Shown here one piece after another: positions 1 to 14,327 of a DNA stretch of 64,000 bases. The first letter of the stretch is position 1, and every line of letters starts with the position of its first letter. Source of the DNA: the human T2T-CHM13v2.0 reference genome, Homo sapiens; NCBI RefSeq assembly GCF_009914755.1, contig NC_060925.1. The stretch is one strand, 5' to 3'. The position numbers and the translations under genes are program-made. The notes under the pieces are model-generated. The model was not told the origin of the DNA, made no database searches, and worked only from the letters and a program-made list of their open reading frames with translations.

Positions 1-1098
1 CTGACAGCACCTTGGGCCTGTGCCAAGCATACTGAGTTCATACCAGAGTCTGTATTGCATTGTTCACTGTTGCTTTTTATTTTTTTATTCCTAATTTCTC
101 TTTCCAACTAAAGGGTGAGTTTCTTAAGGGTATGGGACCATATTTTATATAGCTTCTGACTCCTTTAGAAAGGACTTGATTGATTGCGTGAGACAGTAAT
201 TAAACATCAGTCACTTAAGTCTGGAAGATTAAGCATCTCAGGTTTTCCAGTTCCCTTTGTCCTTAATGGATAGATTCCCAGAGACCTAAGCATTTGTGTG
301 CATTCGTGTACACACAGAACACTGAATATTGAAGGCTTATATAAAGCACCACCCTCCAAGAATACATGTATGGCCGCTAAATACCTCCTTTTTTTTTTCC
401 TTTAAAAGTGAAACAAAAATTGCCTTAATGGAGATCTAGGGGGTAGGGGTGGAGGCGTTTGGTGTTGGGAGAGTGAAAATAGGGGAGTGGAAATTTGGCA
501 CCATCTGCAAAGAGTTTGGGCAACTCGACTTTCCATTTCTGAGAGGTTGCCATGTGCATTGTCATGAATATTACTTTTAGTCAAGTTATATTGGCTAACA
601 GCGGACTCTTTCCAACATGTGGAACTAATTTATTTGACATTTTTCCTCTTACCCACTTTGAAAGCCAAAACAACAACAAAAACTCAGTAACCCTTCAGAA
701 CCTTTATTGCATTTAGGGAAGTGTTTCCGTCTTGGTTTGCCTGCCTTTGTTCTCTGGGTTCATGTTTACTCACCCGCTCTCCTGGTTTTGAATGCTGTAA
801 CAGGAAATCAAGTGATCAAGACTAGAAACTCTTCTCGCTGAGATGATTGCTTTAGATTTTCCCTGCTAAATCAGAGTGCAGGCTGTCCCTTTTTCCCTGT
901 AATTTCTTTTGAGGGATGGAGTGAACCAAAATAGGCAGCCCTTTGTAAAGGTGACACTTGTCAGCAAATTGTGACTCTCCCACATGCTTTCTTAAAATTC
1001 AGAGCTCATGTTGGTTTGTAGGGTGTTAAAGTTAAATGCCACCGGACTAAGGAATTCATAATTTGAGTTCTTTGGCAAACTTGAAGTATCCAAGTGGC

Positions 1099-1150
1099 TG
1101 TGAGTGTGTGTGTGTGTGTGTGCACGCCCGCACGTGCACACGCACATACG
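1099..1150. repeat. (TG)n / (CA)-like alternating purine-pyrimidine tract
   Basis: tgtgagtgtgtg...tgcacgcccgcacgtgcacacgcacatacg. Confidence 0.9.
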
Positions 1151-1648
1151 AATACTTAAAGCTGAAAGAGGAGAGGGAAGGAAAAATGGAAGGAAAGACT
1201 TGTTAATTGTTGAGAGAAGGGGAACATTTTTTAGCCTAGGGAGAAAGGATATCTTCCTGTTTTTGCTAGCTGGTTGAGTACCCAACCAAAATAAAATAAT
1301 GATCTGTATAATGTAATGCTTAGGCTAGTGGATGGATACACAATGCTTATTCATGCTTTTTGTGTACAATCCACTGTGTTAAGGAATCATGGCATGGGCC
1401 AGTTGTCAAGGAATTAACAATAAGGTTAGGACCTAGAAATTCTAAAGACTGGAAGGAAATAAAGTAAAATGTAAACAATATTGGTTTTTATGGAGTAGTC
1501 AGATACAGATTTTTTCCCTTCTTTATATATTTTCAAATGTTTTGTAATGGACATATTACTTTGATTGTAGCATAGACAGTCTTTGCTATAGAACTTTAGA
1601 AAATGGAGAAATTGCCATTGGTAGGAGGTTGTTAACAATGAGGTGTGG

Positions 1649-1955
1649 GGCTGGGAGCAGTGGTTTACACCTGTAATCCCAGCACTTTGGGAGGCTGAAG
1701 TGGACAGATTGCTTGAGCCCGGAAATTCGAGACCAACCTGGACAACATAGCGACACCCTGTCTCTACCAAACAAAACAAAACAAAACCAACAAAAAAAAC
1801 AAAAATTAGCTAGGCGTGCTGGTACGCTCCTGTATTTCCAGCTACTCAGGAGGCTGAGGCGAGAGGATCACTGGAGCCTGGGAGGTCAAGTCTGCAATGA
1901 GATGTGATCATGCCACTGCACTCCATCCACCTGGGTGATAAGAAAACAAAAACAG
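1649..1955 (+). mobile_element. Alu (AluJ-like)
   Basis: Dimeric Alu with A-rich linker and tail; TSD aatgaggtg(t)gg at 1637 and 1956. Confidence 0.93.
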
Positions 1956-2018
1956 AATGAGGTGGGAGTTGAGTCAGTAAATATCTAAACAGGTATTTTT
2001 GTTCCCCCCATACCTCCA

Positions 2019-2178
2019 ACTATCATAGAACAACTATCATTAATAGAATGTTATTATAGTCTTAAAGGATTAACTATAGTAAAATAGAATAATAGTAGAC
2101 TATCATAGAACAACTATCATTAATAGAATGTTATTATAGTCTTAAAGGATTAACTATAGTAAAATAGAATAATAGTAG
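2019..2178. repeat. Perfect 2 x 80-bp tandem duplication
   Basis: 2019-2098 is identical to 2099-2178. Confidence 0.97.
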
Positions 2179-2889
2179 ATAACTATCATAATGGTGTGTG
2201 AAGTACATTTATAATATTTTTAGTGCGCTCTATATGAATTCATCTTCTCGTTTATGAGATAAATGAGTTATGTAAAGCACTTAGTGCCTGACAGATAGTA
2301 AGCACTATATAAGCATTAGCTATTATCATTATTTATAGCAACATTAAAACAAAATAAGGAAGTTTGTTGACCTGGGTCATGTGTACCTGGGCGTACAGTT
2401 TGATTTGCACAAGGTCGTCTATTGTGTCACTGATGCATTTTTTTTTAATTCCCAAAGTAAGCCTCTTCCTTTGCCATGGTTTTCAGTAACTAAGCATTTC
2501 CCTTTGTTATACAAACTGGAATAGCCCTGGTTTCTCGCAAGTCACTGTGCCATTCAAGACATAGTTTTTATAGTGAGCATCAAACATAAGCCTCTGAATT
2601 TATTTTCTCCTCAGAAAGCTCTTGAGGTGGTGTAGAGTCTAGTTGCAACTTTGGATGTATGTGCTTTTGTGAGTTTGACAACTCTGAAAAATGTTTGTCT
2701 TTCTCTGTTATATATTCAATTTTAAGATTTGTGGGGGAAGAAAGGAAAAATATATATTTTAGATATATATTATTTACAGGCAAGCCCTGTTACTATTTTG
2801 ATCAACTTCTAGGTGTTACGTAAGTTTTCTCTATTAAACTCTATTAAAGATGATCTTTGCATAGGGGATTACAGATAAATTTAGGAGTA

Positions 2890-3050
2890 AGACAGGCTTT
2901 GTATTCAGACTTGACCATGTACTTACAATATTCAGCTTTATCAAATTAATCTCTCAGAACCTCAGTTCCCTCATCTGTAAAATGAGGATGTAGTTATAAA
3001 GGTCATTGTAAATATTAAATGAGACAATATGTTGCAAAGCACCTGAGTGC
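2890..3050 (+). mobile_element. MIR SINE
   Basis: Core cctcagttccctcatctgtaaaatgagg. Confidence 0.8.
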
Positions 3051-3098
3051 ATTCCAGGCCCTTGGGATACATGGCAACATTATGATACATAGTACATC

Positions 3099-3136
3099 CA
3101 CACACACATCAACACACACACACACACACACACACG
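3099..3136. repeat. (CA)n microsatellite
   Basis: Interrupted CA run. Confidence 0.92.
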
Positions 3137-3396
3137 CATAATTAGAATAATATTTATATATTTAAATGCTGCTTTACACATATTAACAATAAATTTTTTA
3201 TATAAACATGCTTTTAATAGCTGCACAATGTTTTTGATTGGATGAAGAGTCTTTTAATTGGTTTCCTATTGTTGGATACTTAGGTTATTTTCTATTTTTC
3301 TTTTTAGTGGTAACCTTTTCCATACTCTTGGCAAACTATTTTCTTGAACCACCTGTATCCAAAATGAACAAATTCTGAGATTAAAAATTGACCAAA

Positions 3397-3522
3397 GGCC
3401 AGGCATGGCGGCTCATGCCTGTTATCCCAGCACTTTGGGAGGCCAAGGTGGGAAGATGGCTTGAGGCAAGAAGTTTGAGACCAATCTCAGTGACATAGCG
3501 AGATCCTATCTCTAAAAAAAAA

Positions 3523-3554
<32 letters not shown>

Positions 3555-3709
3555 AATTAGCCAGCAGTGGTGATGCACACGTCCTAGCTACTTGGGAGGC
3601 TGAGGCGAGAGGATCACTTGAGCCCAGGAATTCAAAGCTGCAGTGAGCTAGGATCATGCTACTGCACTCCAGCCTGGGTAGCACAGTGAGACTGTCTCTA
3701 AAATAATAA
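3397..3709 (+). mobile_element. Alu (AluJ-like) with (TA)n expansion in the linker
   Basis: Full dimer; (TA)n at about 3526-3551; imperfect TSD ttaaaa.tgaccaa. Confidence 0.93.
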
Positions 3710-3991
3710 TTTTAAAAGTGACCAAGATCTATAGCAACAGATTTTTGACCTCAGAATGCAGAATAATTAGCCTCATCAGAGAATGCCGTTTTTATTGGGC
3801 CTTCCATTTGTTTAATAGTATGAGGTTAAATAGTCTGGTAAAAATCAGATGAGGTCTAATCTGGACAGGAGGGTTCCCTTCAAACCTGGTAAAAGATTAT
3901 TCATGGGGTATACTTAGGGAAGAATACAGTCATACACATTTTATTTCTTAAAATACTTAAATTAGGTTTTCATTAATTACCTTTTCAGTGC

Positions 3992-4112
3992 TTTTTTTTT
4001 TTTTTTTTTTTTTTTTTGGTAGAAACAGGGCTTCGCCATGTCAGCCATGTGATCCACCGGCCTCGGCCTCCCAAAGGGCTAGGATTACAGGCATGAGTCA
4101 CCACACCCAGCC
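3992..4112 (-). mobile_element. Alu left-arm monomer (FLAM-like) with internal deletion and T26 tail
   Basis: T26 followed directly by left-arm sequence ending ccacacccagcc. Confidence 0.85.
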
Positions 4113-5339
4113 CCATGATTTTTAAAAAAATTTGTTTAAATGACAGCATTTTGTCTTTTAGGGGTTAGTGTTGGTCAGCCTCTTGCGATAACAGTGGTGA
4201 TCTATACTTTCCTCCCCTTTAACCACAATGCCTGGAATCATAGGAACAGATCCAGAGCTGAATGAAGCCATTACTGAACTGTCAGCCATATGTGCTTGCC
4301 ACAGAGACCCATAAATAGCAAGAGAATAAGCTTTTGAATAAAAACTCAGTCCACATTTTCTTAGCAAATATCAGGGAGGGAGACCCAGAGAATCTCATTA
4401 GGCTTGCAAAGGTATTTATTTCTTTGCTGTGGTATTCTGCTGTAGCATTCATTTCAATATCTAGTTAAAATTTGGCAGAGTTGTTGGTGGCGTGAAGGTT
4501 GGGCCAACTGTCTGGACTGACCATCTTATTAAACACACATGTAATTGTCCTTGTTCCAGCAAAGTGGAATTCTCTTGCTATCTGTCAAGCAGGCTCAATT
4601 AATTTGGGAGATTTGGTAAGGGAGGAGATGATGGTTTGGGAGGGTGGGTCAGTGGATGGAGAGAGGGAAGGACTAAGGTGCAGCCAGTACAAGGTGGGGA
4701 AAGCAGGCTACCCATGCACACGTGCGCACAAACACACACACACACCAAGATGTTTGTCTTTTTTTTTTTTCTTCCCCTTGGAGTAGAGGTAGGGGGAACT
4801 GTATTCAACTGTTATTATGTGACTCTAATTTTTAACTTCATTTGTGTTGAACCTGCTCTTTTGGGGAGGGAGCGGGGAGGCAGTGCTTAGGGAATAAAAG
4901 AAAGGAATATGTAAAGAGATTTGATTTAATAATGTAACATACCTTTAGAACATCTAGGTTGGATGAAACTCAGTAAAGATACCCCTTTTCTTGCTGAAAA
5001 TTCAGATTTGTACAGTACTGTTAGTTGGGAAGCTGGAGAACTAAGCAATATTGTATATACTTAAAGTGTGAGGGAGCAATTAAAATGTAGCCTCGGGGAA
5101 GGCTCAGGAGACCTTATCTGTGAATTGCTAGGTGACTCTTCAGTTAGCATAGCCCCAGTTTTATCTGGATTATGGATTGGGGTTTAGATTTTTCTTTGAG
5201 TTTTTATAATAGCCCAGTTACTAGAGTCTTGCCCTTCCTTTTTAAGAATGCATCAATAGTTTTAAAAATATACAAAACATTTGTGTATTTACAAAAACAT
5301 TTGAGTAGAGTATATTTTAGAGAGACTACCTAGAATGTA

Positions 5340-5930
5340 TGTTTAAAGTAAATTTATTGAAGCATAGCATACAGAAGAATGCACAAAGTGTACATCTTGA
5401 TGAATTCTCACAAAAGTGAACACATCCGGTAACCAGCAACCACATCAAGAAACAGAAAATGTCAGCATCCCGGAAGCTCCTTTTATGCCCTATTCTATTC
5501 ATTCTCCCACAAAGAATAACCACTATCCTGACTTTTAACAGGCTAGATTAGTTTTGCCTGGTTTTGAACTTTATGTAAATGGAATTATATACTTTGTATG
5601 CTAGTGTCTGGCATCTTTCACTCAGTATCATGTTTGTGAGATTCATCATGTTGATGCATGTTGCAATCGTTTTTCATTCTCATCACTGAATATTCTGTTA
5701 TGCGAATTCACCACAGTTTAATTTTCTATTGCTGATAGGCATTTGAGTATTCTAGGTAGGTGCTACTACGAGTAGTTTTGCTGTGTGAACATTGTTGTGT
5801 ACTGTACTTGTCTTTTGATGAACACACAACCATGTGTCTGCAAGGTGTATACCAAGGATTGGAATTGCTGAGTCATAAATATCCATATAATTAACTTGAG
5901 AAGATACCGCCAGTTTTCCAAGGTGCATGC
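5340..5930 (-). mobile_element. Old L1 (L1ME/MC-like) 3' fragment
   Basis: Typical antisense 3'UTR (aaccactatcctgacttttaac..., ctttcactcagtatcatgtttgtgagattcatc). Confidence 0.8.
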
Positions 5931-6439
5931 ATTAATGAGAGAAAGGTCAGTTTTGTCTCTAAATCAGAGTGCTTGGTTACCATGCACATAAGAATAAGAC
6001 ATTTTGTTCTTGTTTTCTTTTAATTACAGAAATAAATGTAACAGAAGATTCTGTGAAATGTTTCTATTTAAAATAACATTTTAAAACTCCTCACCTATTT
6101 TAATCTGTTCACTATATAATAAAATATATTTTTAGTTTTAGTATTTGATAAAGAATTTTAAAAACAAGAAAGAGTAATGGGCAGGGCTGGGCAGTATCTT
6201 TGGCTTCATTTCCAGGGATTTGCAAAGTGAGGAGAGTTAACTTCTGACTCCCTTGGGGTTGTGTTCACAGTAAGAGTTCAGATTTCTGGGATTCCTTTAG
6301 CCCTCCGGGGAGTTGGGATAAAGGAAAGTGACAACTTGGAATAGAAAGCAGAATGCTCACCCTGCCTACCCTAACCCTGTTACTGTGAGTAAATCATCCA
6401 AGAGGACTGAAGGATCAGACCTGTCATGATGGCTCTTCA

Positions 6440-6764
6440 TTTTCTTTTCTTTTCTCTTTTTCGTTTACTTTTTTTTTTTTGAGACATGGTCTGATTCTGT
6501 TAGCCAGGCTGGAGTGCAGTAGCACAATCTTGGCTCACTGCAGCCTCTGCCTCCTGGGCTCAAGTGATCCTCCCACCTCTGCCTCCTGAGTAGCTGAACT
6601 ACCCGTGGGTGCCGTCACACCCGGCTAATATTTATATTTTTTCATATAGATGAGGTTTTGCTATGTTGGCCAGGCTGGTCTTGAACTCCTAAGCTTAAGT
6701 GATCCACCTGCCTCAGCCCCCCAAAATTCTGGGATTACAGCATGAGCCACCACTCCCAGTGGCT
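6440..6764 (-). mobile_element. Alu (AluJ-like)
   Basis: Poly-T followed by an antisense dimer. Confidence 0.93.
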
Positions 6765-7448
6765 GATCATTTTCATGTTTTAGGAAAAATTTTCCTTTCC
6801 ATTTCCATTTTCCAAGTCCTCTATTAACCAGGAAAATCTTTACCCTGAAGTCACAAAAATGTTGGCTAGGTGTATCATTTTGAATTCCTGGCTCTTGCAT
6901 TAAAATCAAAAGCTCCCAAAAGCCCCGTACTCTATTTCTTTTATAATTTTACGTAGCAATAGAAGTAATAAAAAATATAAAACCTTTGTCTGGGATTCTT
7001 TAATTACCCTGGACAATATATCTTGCTTAAAATAAAATGGATAGAAAAAAACCCCCAAATGCTCATTTTTTTTCCTACATGCAAGTATTAGGATTCCTAG
7101 GCTATACAGAAGAAGAAGGTGATATGAATGAATTTGTTTAATAGCTTTGCTAAATACAGTGCCTGTTTTTAACTCAAGGTCTAGATTTAGGCCTCAATGC
7201 TTTAACTTTTTACCTGGGATATATTTTCTACCTTTGGAAGTGTAGTTTTTTAGTCTGTAAAATGTGGTTTCAGACCCCTGCCCTGCCTACCACATACAGT
7301 TGTTATGAAGATCAAATGCAATAATTTATGTGAAATTGTAAAGTATAAAAGTACTAAGCCTTTGAGAGCTGGGCTTAGCAGGTCCTGCATTTTAAGAAAG
7401 ACGATTACTGTCCATTGACCTAGAGCATAGTGAAAATTCACCCTGTAG

Positions 7449-7794
<346 letters not shown>

Positions 7795-9074
7795 TAAGCC
7801 TGAACTTTTAACCTTGCACCAAATGTGGCTAATTGGTTAAGTCATGAGTTACTTGTCTAAGTTCTACTGGCTTCCCATGGCATCTCACTAAAGTTCTTAA
7901 AGCTCCTCTCCATCCCACACCCCAACTACTTGAGGAAGGAGAAGGGGTAAAAAAAATGTTTTGCTTTGGTGATAGCCCCGAACTATAACCTAACACATCC
8001 CCTTTCACTTCTGGGATCGATACGGGTTTACACAAAATAAGTAGTCTATAGAATTACTACTGCTTACATTTAAAACATCTTTCTTGCTTTTAAAATTTTC
8101 TTTTGCCCACCCACATTTATTAGATATGAAGAATATAAAAATGCTTATGTCATAAAAAGATCTACTAAGATAAAAGTATTAGTAATCACTCCTGTTAAGA
8201 TAATAAATGAGTAAAATAGGGACCAAAACACAGCCTCCTGAACCCTTCCGGGCATATATTCTTTATTACTACTGAGGAATTCACCTTTGTTTTAACAAAA
8301 AGGAGAAGGAAGTATCTGATTTGGCCCTTTGTGGGTGTTGGCTTGAGCAGGGTGCATCTGGAGTAGTTCATGCCTCCTTCATCAGTCAACTCTGGTGGAA
8401 GCATTTGCCAAGATAGAACAGATACTGTATCAATTGGAATATCACTGCCAGAAAGGAAATAAGAAATTGACCATGTTTATCAAGATCTGGAGTCACTATA
8501 TGAATTATGTTACTTTTAATACAAATGTACTGTTGGCACTATTTAACAGCTTTTGGAAATCAAATTGTATGAGAATAGAGAATATATTCTGGGGGGCATG
8601 GGTGGTAATGACATTGACCAGGCCTCTAAGAGCATTATAATGTAGTGAACTAAGATGTCCCCCAAAGATCTGGGAGAGGTCTGTGGGTTCTTAATCCTTC
8701 TTCCAAAATGAGTATTTCAGGATTTAGAATCCTAATGCCCCCTGAATGTAAAACACCGGTAGTGGTATCTAGAGCAGAGCCCCATAATCAAATACATTGG
8801 TTGAGATCTGCATCAAAATGTATAAATAGCACACTAAGTGGTTTAACAAGGACTATACATACACATCAGTTCAAGTTAGGATTCACTGCCAAATAAGTTC
8901 AGGCTATTCCGTATTTTGCTAACAAATGTGTTATGTAAAACTTTTGATTTTCAGAGCCTTTTGAATTTTGAAATTACACATAGGGATTGTTGATCTGCAT
9001 TATGTTCAGGTGTTAGCTCATGACCGCAGCATCTTTTAATGTATGTAAAGCAATCAGGTAGCAAATTCTTATAA

Positions 9075-9425
9075 GACAATAGAGTTAGGAGCGCCGGATC
9101 TGAAGTCATATTGCCTGGGTTCAGATTCCAGCCTTGCCAAGTGATTTGGGGGTATGTTATTTAATCTCCCAGACCCTTAGTTTTTCATCTTTAAAGCTAC
9201 AGTAATTTTGAAATGAACATTAAATAAAATATACACATGAGGCACAATATCTGGATTGCCCTAGGCACTTGGTAAATATGCTTCAGTTTCCTCATCTATG
9301 TAGGGATAATAATAGTGCCTATCACAAAGGTGTTTTGTGAAAGTTAAATAAATAAATGTAATGTGCTTAGAATAGTGTCCACTCCATTGTAAGTATTCAG
9401 TAGATATTAGCCAATGATAATATCA
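9075..9425 (+). mobile_element. Tandem MIR fragments
   Basis: cctgggttcagattcccagccttgcc... and cagtttcctcatctatgtagggataataatag cores. Confidence 0.78.
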
Positions 9426-10721
9426 TTATGAACATTACTAGAGACCTGTAATGAACTTTCATACCAGCAGAGTCATTTTCAGAAAAGAAAATGACAGTAA
9501 ACATCTGTTGAATGAATGAGTGACACATTGGAGAATGATGGGAGGCACCATGATTTGTAATAATTTTCCAGACTGTAATTTCATCCTAGTCCTTCTCAAG
9601 TTTGTTTGCTTCCCTCCATCCTGCACTCCACCCCCCGACCAAACCTCCCTCTAAGCCCCAGCAGCTTGATCTTCCTCCATTTGGTCTGTTTAGATGTACA
9701 TTGCATGATGAACTTGGCTTCACTTATCTTCTGTACCACAACCATGCAGGTGTGTTAGGCCGTCTGGGAAGCTGTCCCAGATGCTGACAAACCCTTGGCA
9801 GCAGGATGGAAAGGAAGAAGGAAATTTTGGCTGACATCTCCAGGTCTGACTCCTTACTCATCTGGAGAGTTCAGTGGTATCTTTAAAGCTTGAAGATAAA
9901 TGATAAGGCTGCTGCTCTTTTTATTTTTTTTTTTTTTTTGCTCCTCTAGCAGATACATAACTTAGATTCTCATTTTTTAGTTTGTTATATGTTAATCTCT
10001 TGTGATTACTCAGTAACGGTACAGTTTGGTAAAGTCATAAGTCTGCAGAGACATTTTAAATAGAGGCAATGTATGGAGGAGTAGGTACCATCTAGGCAGG
10101 GACCAGTGGAAGAATGTGTGTGCTTGTGTGCTGTAGTTTGGCCTAATGTCTTGGCACAGCTGTCATATTTCCTGGCATGTAAGAACTGGATCTTCTCTTA
10201 AGTCCACACATATTTGGCAAGCCCTATTATGTTACTCTCCTGACGGGGTACTTGAGTAACGAAGGTGATAGATAATATTGGGTAGGTACTGACTGAACAG
10301 GGACATGAGAGAATATGGAAAGAATCCCTTTTAAAGATCTTTATTGCATTAGATGTTAGTGTCTGTAAACAATTACAGCATTCAGGGAGCGCAGGATTTA
10401 AATGAGAAACACAACTTGGTCAGATTATACTAGTCGGATAAAATGGCATGGACTCCAGAAATCTATAATTAAATGTATTTTTGAAAATGAAAAATATAGT
10501 GTAACACCTGGTTTATTTTGCTACAGAGGTGCCTGGGTATTGCTTACATAAGTGTGATTGACTTTGGCTGATACTTGGGTTTCTCTCTGTAAAATTACTG
10601 CATTTTAATTAAATTTTTTTTCTACTAGATTCTATTTGTTGTAAACAAATTATTCACATACACACTCATGTAGAAAATGACTTATTTAGAAAATCTCATG
10701 TTCATTTTCTTTTCATTGCAG

Positions 10722-10784
10722 CGGATATTCAACTCCTTTGTTTACACTGAGAAAATCTCAAATGGAGAAAGTGAAGTACAGCAG
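10722..10784 (+). CDS. CACHD1: CACHD1 coding exon (probably exon 2), 63 nt, phase 0/0, RIFNSFVYTEKISNGESEVQQ
   Basis: Acceptor ttcattttcttttcattgcag|CGG and donor CAG|gtaaga. The peptide matches the recalled CACHD1 N-terminus and joins in frame to the next exon. Confidence 0.96.
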
Positions 10785-11084
10785 GTAAGAGGCTATGAGT
10801 ACTTGACACTCCCTGTCTTTGTCTTGCTTTTAGATGTGGCTTCGTCACTCTTTCCAAGCAATCTCCACTTGAGGTTTCCTGTTCTTTCTCTCTGTATAAT
10901 TTCACGTGCATCTCATGCATAATGGTGACAACCTTACACTTCAGATTCTTAGAGGCGGTTAAAAACTTATATGCATGGTTTTCTGCTATCCACGCTATAA
11001 TTTGGAACTATTTAATTCCTTTTTGTTTTAAAAATTCCTAAATGACTCACACCTAAAAACACTGAAAATTATTTTATCTGATGT

Positions 11085-11305
11085 AGAAAATAAGTGTCCA
11101 GGCTTTGGAATCAGACAGACCCCACATCAAATTCTGGTTTTCCTCCTTATTTTGTAGCCCCAGTAAGCAATTTAGCCTTTTTGAGCTGCAGTTTCTCAAT
11201 CTTAAATAAGAGGAACATAATACTGCCTTATGGGGTTGTGAGAATTAAATGATGACAAATTGACCAAGAATGAAATAAAATTGTAATTCTGGCATAGAAG
11301 CAGCT
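11085..11305 (+). mobile_element. MIR SINE
   Basis: ggctttggaatcagacagacc...cagtttctcaatc...ggttgtgagaattaaatga. Confidence 0.8.
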
Positions 11306-12585
11306 CATTGGATGTTGGCTTCTTTTGTTCTTTTCTTTTTCTTTCCTCTTTTTTTTTTTCCTTTGCTTCTCCCCTCCCATCTTCTTTCAGTTCTCTGTGG
11401 AGTCAAGAAGTTTTGAGGTCAGATTCTATTTACTTTATTTATAGCTGGCTTCAGATGAACTGCCTCCTAAAATATAGTGTTGATGAACCTGGTCGTAAAT
11501 AATTGATCTGTGCTTGAAAAGAAGGGTGGTAAATAGGAGTTGGTTTTAATTTCAGCGAATCCACCAACTTCATTACAGTATGTGACCATCAACACCATCA
11601 ACTAGTAATTTGAAGCTAGGTTTGAAACTCAAGTAAAAAACAGAACCAAGCTAAAAACCAGAGTGTAGCAGACTGCTTCCACAGAATAGAAAGATAACTA
11701 TAGTAAACTGCATACGATTTTGAACTCTCTGAGATTCCGCCATTATTATGTTCATGGAGAACAGCTTGACATTTGCAAGTGTCCTTATAGTAAAGTTGTT
11801 TGTAGGATACTTATTTACTTATAATAAATTACCGTGGTTTAATCTTGAAGTGCAGCATTTCCTGTTTATAGACATTGAGTTTTTAAAGATTGAGTTTCTG
11901 CAGGTTAAATATAGAGGATATAAATAGTCATGTATATGTATGTTCTTTTTCTTAGCTTTAGATATTTTTAAAAGCTGATGGCCTGAGTATTTATTTATTG
12001 TAGTAAATAGGATGTAGTTTGCTGTGCTAAGTCTTATCTTCATAATTCCTGTCTTATTTTTATTTCAGCAAACTAGAAAGTTCTTTATGGTCGTGAAATT
12101 TAAGAGATTTTTTGTGGGCGAAGATTTCTGAACGAAGCATGTTCAAGGAAACTTTCTGGGAGACCAGAGGCCATTTGATAACATTTTAAAGAAACTGATC
12201 CAGGGATATCAGTTTTGCCACTTTCCTTCAAGTAACAGATACAAGTTCTTACTTAGGCTGTTGTCAAATGTGAAAGTTTTTTCCCCCCACCCCCTTTGCA
12301 CTGATGTCATTTTTTATTTATCTAGCTAGGAACAAGTTTAGAAGCCTTTAATAATAATTTTAGAAATTATACCTGCTGACTGAGCACTTATGGAACATCA
12401 GGGCTAGGCAACTTCCATGTATATCACATTGATTTTTACCAAATAACCTTGAAGGAAAGATATCTTATTACAGATGAGGAAATTGGGGCTCCAAGAGGTA
12501 AAATAAGTTATTTGTAGTTGATGGATATCAAGCAGGACAGCTAGCTTTTGAAATAAATATGACAGAAAGTTTTATTATTTGTACT

Positions 12586-12930
<345 letters not shown>

Positions 12931-14012
12931 TAGTTTATTTTTAAAATACATGTTTTCATCAGATACAGGAGTCTCTGCTAAACTGTCTTTATCTGAATAA
13001 TTCAAGTGCAAGGGAATTATCGTACAATCTATTCTGTGTGTCTTATTACTGATTGTCAAAAAGTTCTTTTTTATTTGAACCAGAAGGGTACTGACTTTTA
13101 AATTCCTCCAGTCTCTCCACTCCATCCTCTGGAAGAACACTTAACAAATAGATCTGTGTCTGTTGTTTATCCCAAAAATGAGGACAGTTGTGTCGTTGTT
13201 ATTATCATTTAGCCTAAATTTTAGTATAAACAGGTCTTAAATAATTTCTTCTTCTGTGACATGATTTCCAGATCCTTTCAGTACTGTGGTCATTATTACA
13301 ACAACATAACAATAAAAGCTCATATTTACGCATTTATTGAAAAATTTGCTATCACTTCATTATGATGGTTCTCCCATGGGTTGAATTGAACACGGGATTT
13401 CTCATTCTACAATGAGAACACAGACACTTCAGTACCTTCTTGACTTAAATAACTGCTTAGACATTCTAGACTCTGTGGTCCTGGACAGTACCCAGAATGA
13501 AATCTTTAGGGACATGTTTACCTCGTATGTTTCCTATTCTGTAAAATATCCGCCATCACAATCACTCACACTTCTATGTCCTTTGAACTTCAGAACAACT
13601 CCATGAGGTAGGTGGCAGTATTGTTATTAGCAATGTTCAGAAAGGCCACGGATCCCAGCTAGTAGGTAATTAAGCTGGCTTTTAAAACAGTTGTGAAATT
13701 TATCAAATATATGGAGACGTGTAAAACATACATATAAATAAATATATTAAAATGAACATCTTAACTTACTACCCAGCTAAAGAAATGAAGCATTACCAAA
13801 CTTAGAAGGCCCTTGTATGACCTTCCAAAGAGAATATCTTCCTCTCTCCCTCTCAGAGGTAGCCTTATCCTAATTTTTTGTTAGCAATTCCCTTGCATTT
13901 TTTTGTTTTGATTTGTTTTATATGTACTTATCCCCAAATTAATTTTGTGTTTGGCTATTTTTGTTCTTTATATAAATTTTAAGCATATGTTTATATTCAC
14001 ATATCTTGCTAG

Positions 14013-14327
<315 letters not shown>

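Noticed and set aside
2019-2190. Repeat-spacer (CRISPR-like) interpretation of the ACTATCAT recurrences
   Set aside because: The spacers are identical copies (simple tandem duplication) in primate intronic DNA.
10677-10922. 81-aa ORF as a standalone gene
   Set aside because: Only 10722-10784 is exonic; the rest is intron read-through.
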